A stretch of DNA of 64,000 nt, from positions 6,026,286 through 6,090,285 of the forward strand of contig NW_002060947.1 of the NCBI RefSeq assembly GCF_000150275.1. Direction: 5' to 3'. Under the pieces are notes generated by a model. That model made no database searches, had not been told where the DNA came from, and saw only the letters and a list, made by a program, of their open reading frames with translations. This document shows, piece by piece, positions 62,801 to 64,000 of the stretch. The DNA is from Trichoplax adhaerens (taxonomy: Eukaryota; Animalia; Placozoa). Numbering within the stretch: position 1 is the first letter of the stretch; every line of letters begins with the position of its first letter. Both the position numbers and the translations under genes were made by a program.

Positions 62801-63173
62801 GGAGCATGAACAAGTAAGAACATTGGAAAATATCATTTTAATAGCAGCAGCTTATTGAAAAATCGCAGTGGATATACATACCATCAAGCAGCTAGGAGAA
62901 GTTATTCATTCTATTTCTCAAACTAAATACAGTGTCTCTCCTTTTATATTTTTTTTCATGCTATTGGTATCTTCTGTAGCTAGCACCAGCTGCCCAACCA
63001 TGACGTATAACAATGTCGTGCAAGTGTAGTAGTCATATAGTGATTGCAAAATAATCCAGTAGAGTGAAATATCAAAGAATAAAAGAGTGACTAATCATCT
63101 CTGACTTACATTCTTGTGCATAAGCTGCAAAACATAGCAGCGATAGGACCAAGGCAATGTTATAACTAGCCAT
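59812..63173 (-). CDS. CD164/TMEM123 (porimin)-family sialomucin, type I membrane protein
   Basis: Signal-peptide exon 63173-63110 (MASYNIALVLSLLCFAAYAQE) spliced in phase to 60230-59812. Ser/Thr/Met-rich stalk, FDGGSFIGGIAL TM signature and a C-terminal YGRL (YxxL lysosomal sorting signal). Confidence 0.88.
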
Positions 63174-63342
63174 TTGAATTTTTTTGTGCACGTAGACCGG
63201 AAAACGGAAAGTTGAATTGCTGTTGAAACGCACTCGGAGAAACCAAAACGATACGATTTGCAATTCGAAACCTAGCCGCACGGTAGAGTGAAATGGGACG
63301 ATGAGGTAATGAAGTCAAGGTTTTATTTATTTACTCCACCGT

Positions 63343-63556
63343 CTACAGTACAGTACTGTACAGTAGGTACTGTACAGCACGTGTACAGTACAGTACATTC
63401 GATTGTGGCAAACTTTTCGCTAACTTCACCACTGGTGTACAGTACAGTACAGTACACTGTACAGTACAGTATTTAGAGTCAGTATAAGTATAACTCTACT
63501 GTACTGTACTGTACAGTATGTCTCTATACTGTACTTTATACTGAGTACAATACTGT
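63343..63556. promoter_or_regulatory. (TACAG)n/(CTGTA)n array with inverted symmetry upstream of the CD164-like start
   Basis: tacagtacagtactgtacagtaggtactgtacag...tacagtacagtacagtacactgtacagtacagta...tactgtactgtactgtacagta. A smaller cluster lies at 63817-63860. Confidence 0.5.
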
Positions 63557-64000
63557 GTTGGGTCAAATTTGAACAAACTCCAGGCTTTTTTGCAGACGAA
63601 AGCTTATGAACTCCTTTGTCATGAAGCTAAGAAATGCCCAGGAAGCTTCATGAAAATGAGATAAGAAATAGTTAGTACGCTCTATGAAACTTTCAATTTC
63701 CCCAAAATCGATAAACTTGATAAAGTTTCACAGTAAAAAAACCCATTTTTCTCGTATTTTCTGAAGGAGATTTTCGTTTTCGCCAATGCCGGCCATGATT
63801 TCTCCCAGCTTTGCACAGTACTGTACAGTACTGTAAACTAGCGCAGTTCGTACTGTACAGATCATGTCCATTGGGTGTGACCTAAGAACTGTACCCGGAA
63901 AAGGATGTTTGTCTAATAAGGACTTGGAAATTAGAATTTCATACTGTAATTTCAAACTGTGGGAAGGATTTTACCCTCAGGGTGTCTTATAAATCCTTCC

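Overview
AT-rich, gene-dense eukaryotic genomic DNA with many short GT-AG introns. It looks like a compact non-bilaterian animal genome; a placozoan such as Trichoplax is my inference and is not proven. Splicing exons by hand gives about 13 protein-coding genes: a membrane-anchored GH31 alpha-glucosidase (SI/MGAM-like, running off the left edge), a class-V PLP C-S lyase (Egt2/CefD/LCD-like) with an apparent signal peptide, two intronless divergent KDEL-receptor paralogs, NT5DC1, OSTM1, AFG1L, MPC1, a FANCG-like TPR protein, LSM10, FAM228, PFN4 and a CD164/TMEM123-like sialomucin. From the lyase onward nearly every gene sits in a head-to-head pair. Large introns and spacers are filled with locus-specific 70-330 bp tandem duplications rather than recognisable transposons, and some are anchored on splice sites. 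The most interesting signals are: (1) KDEL-receptor paralogs that keep much of the ligand pocket but lack the retrieval determinants; (2) a possibly secreted sulfoxide/C-S lyase; (3) the FAM228-PFN4 divergent pair, also neighbours in human, with RFX X-boxes in the shared promoter; (4) TACAG/ACTGTAC arrays concentrated at inferred promoters. Exon coordinates were read by eye and may be off by a few bases. No CRISPR array, rRNA or tRNA was seen.
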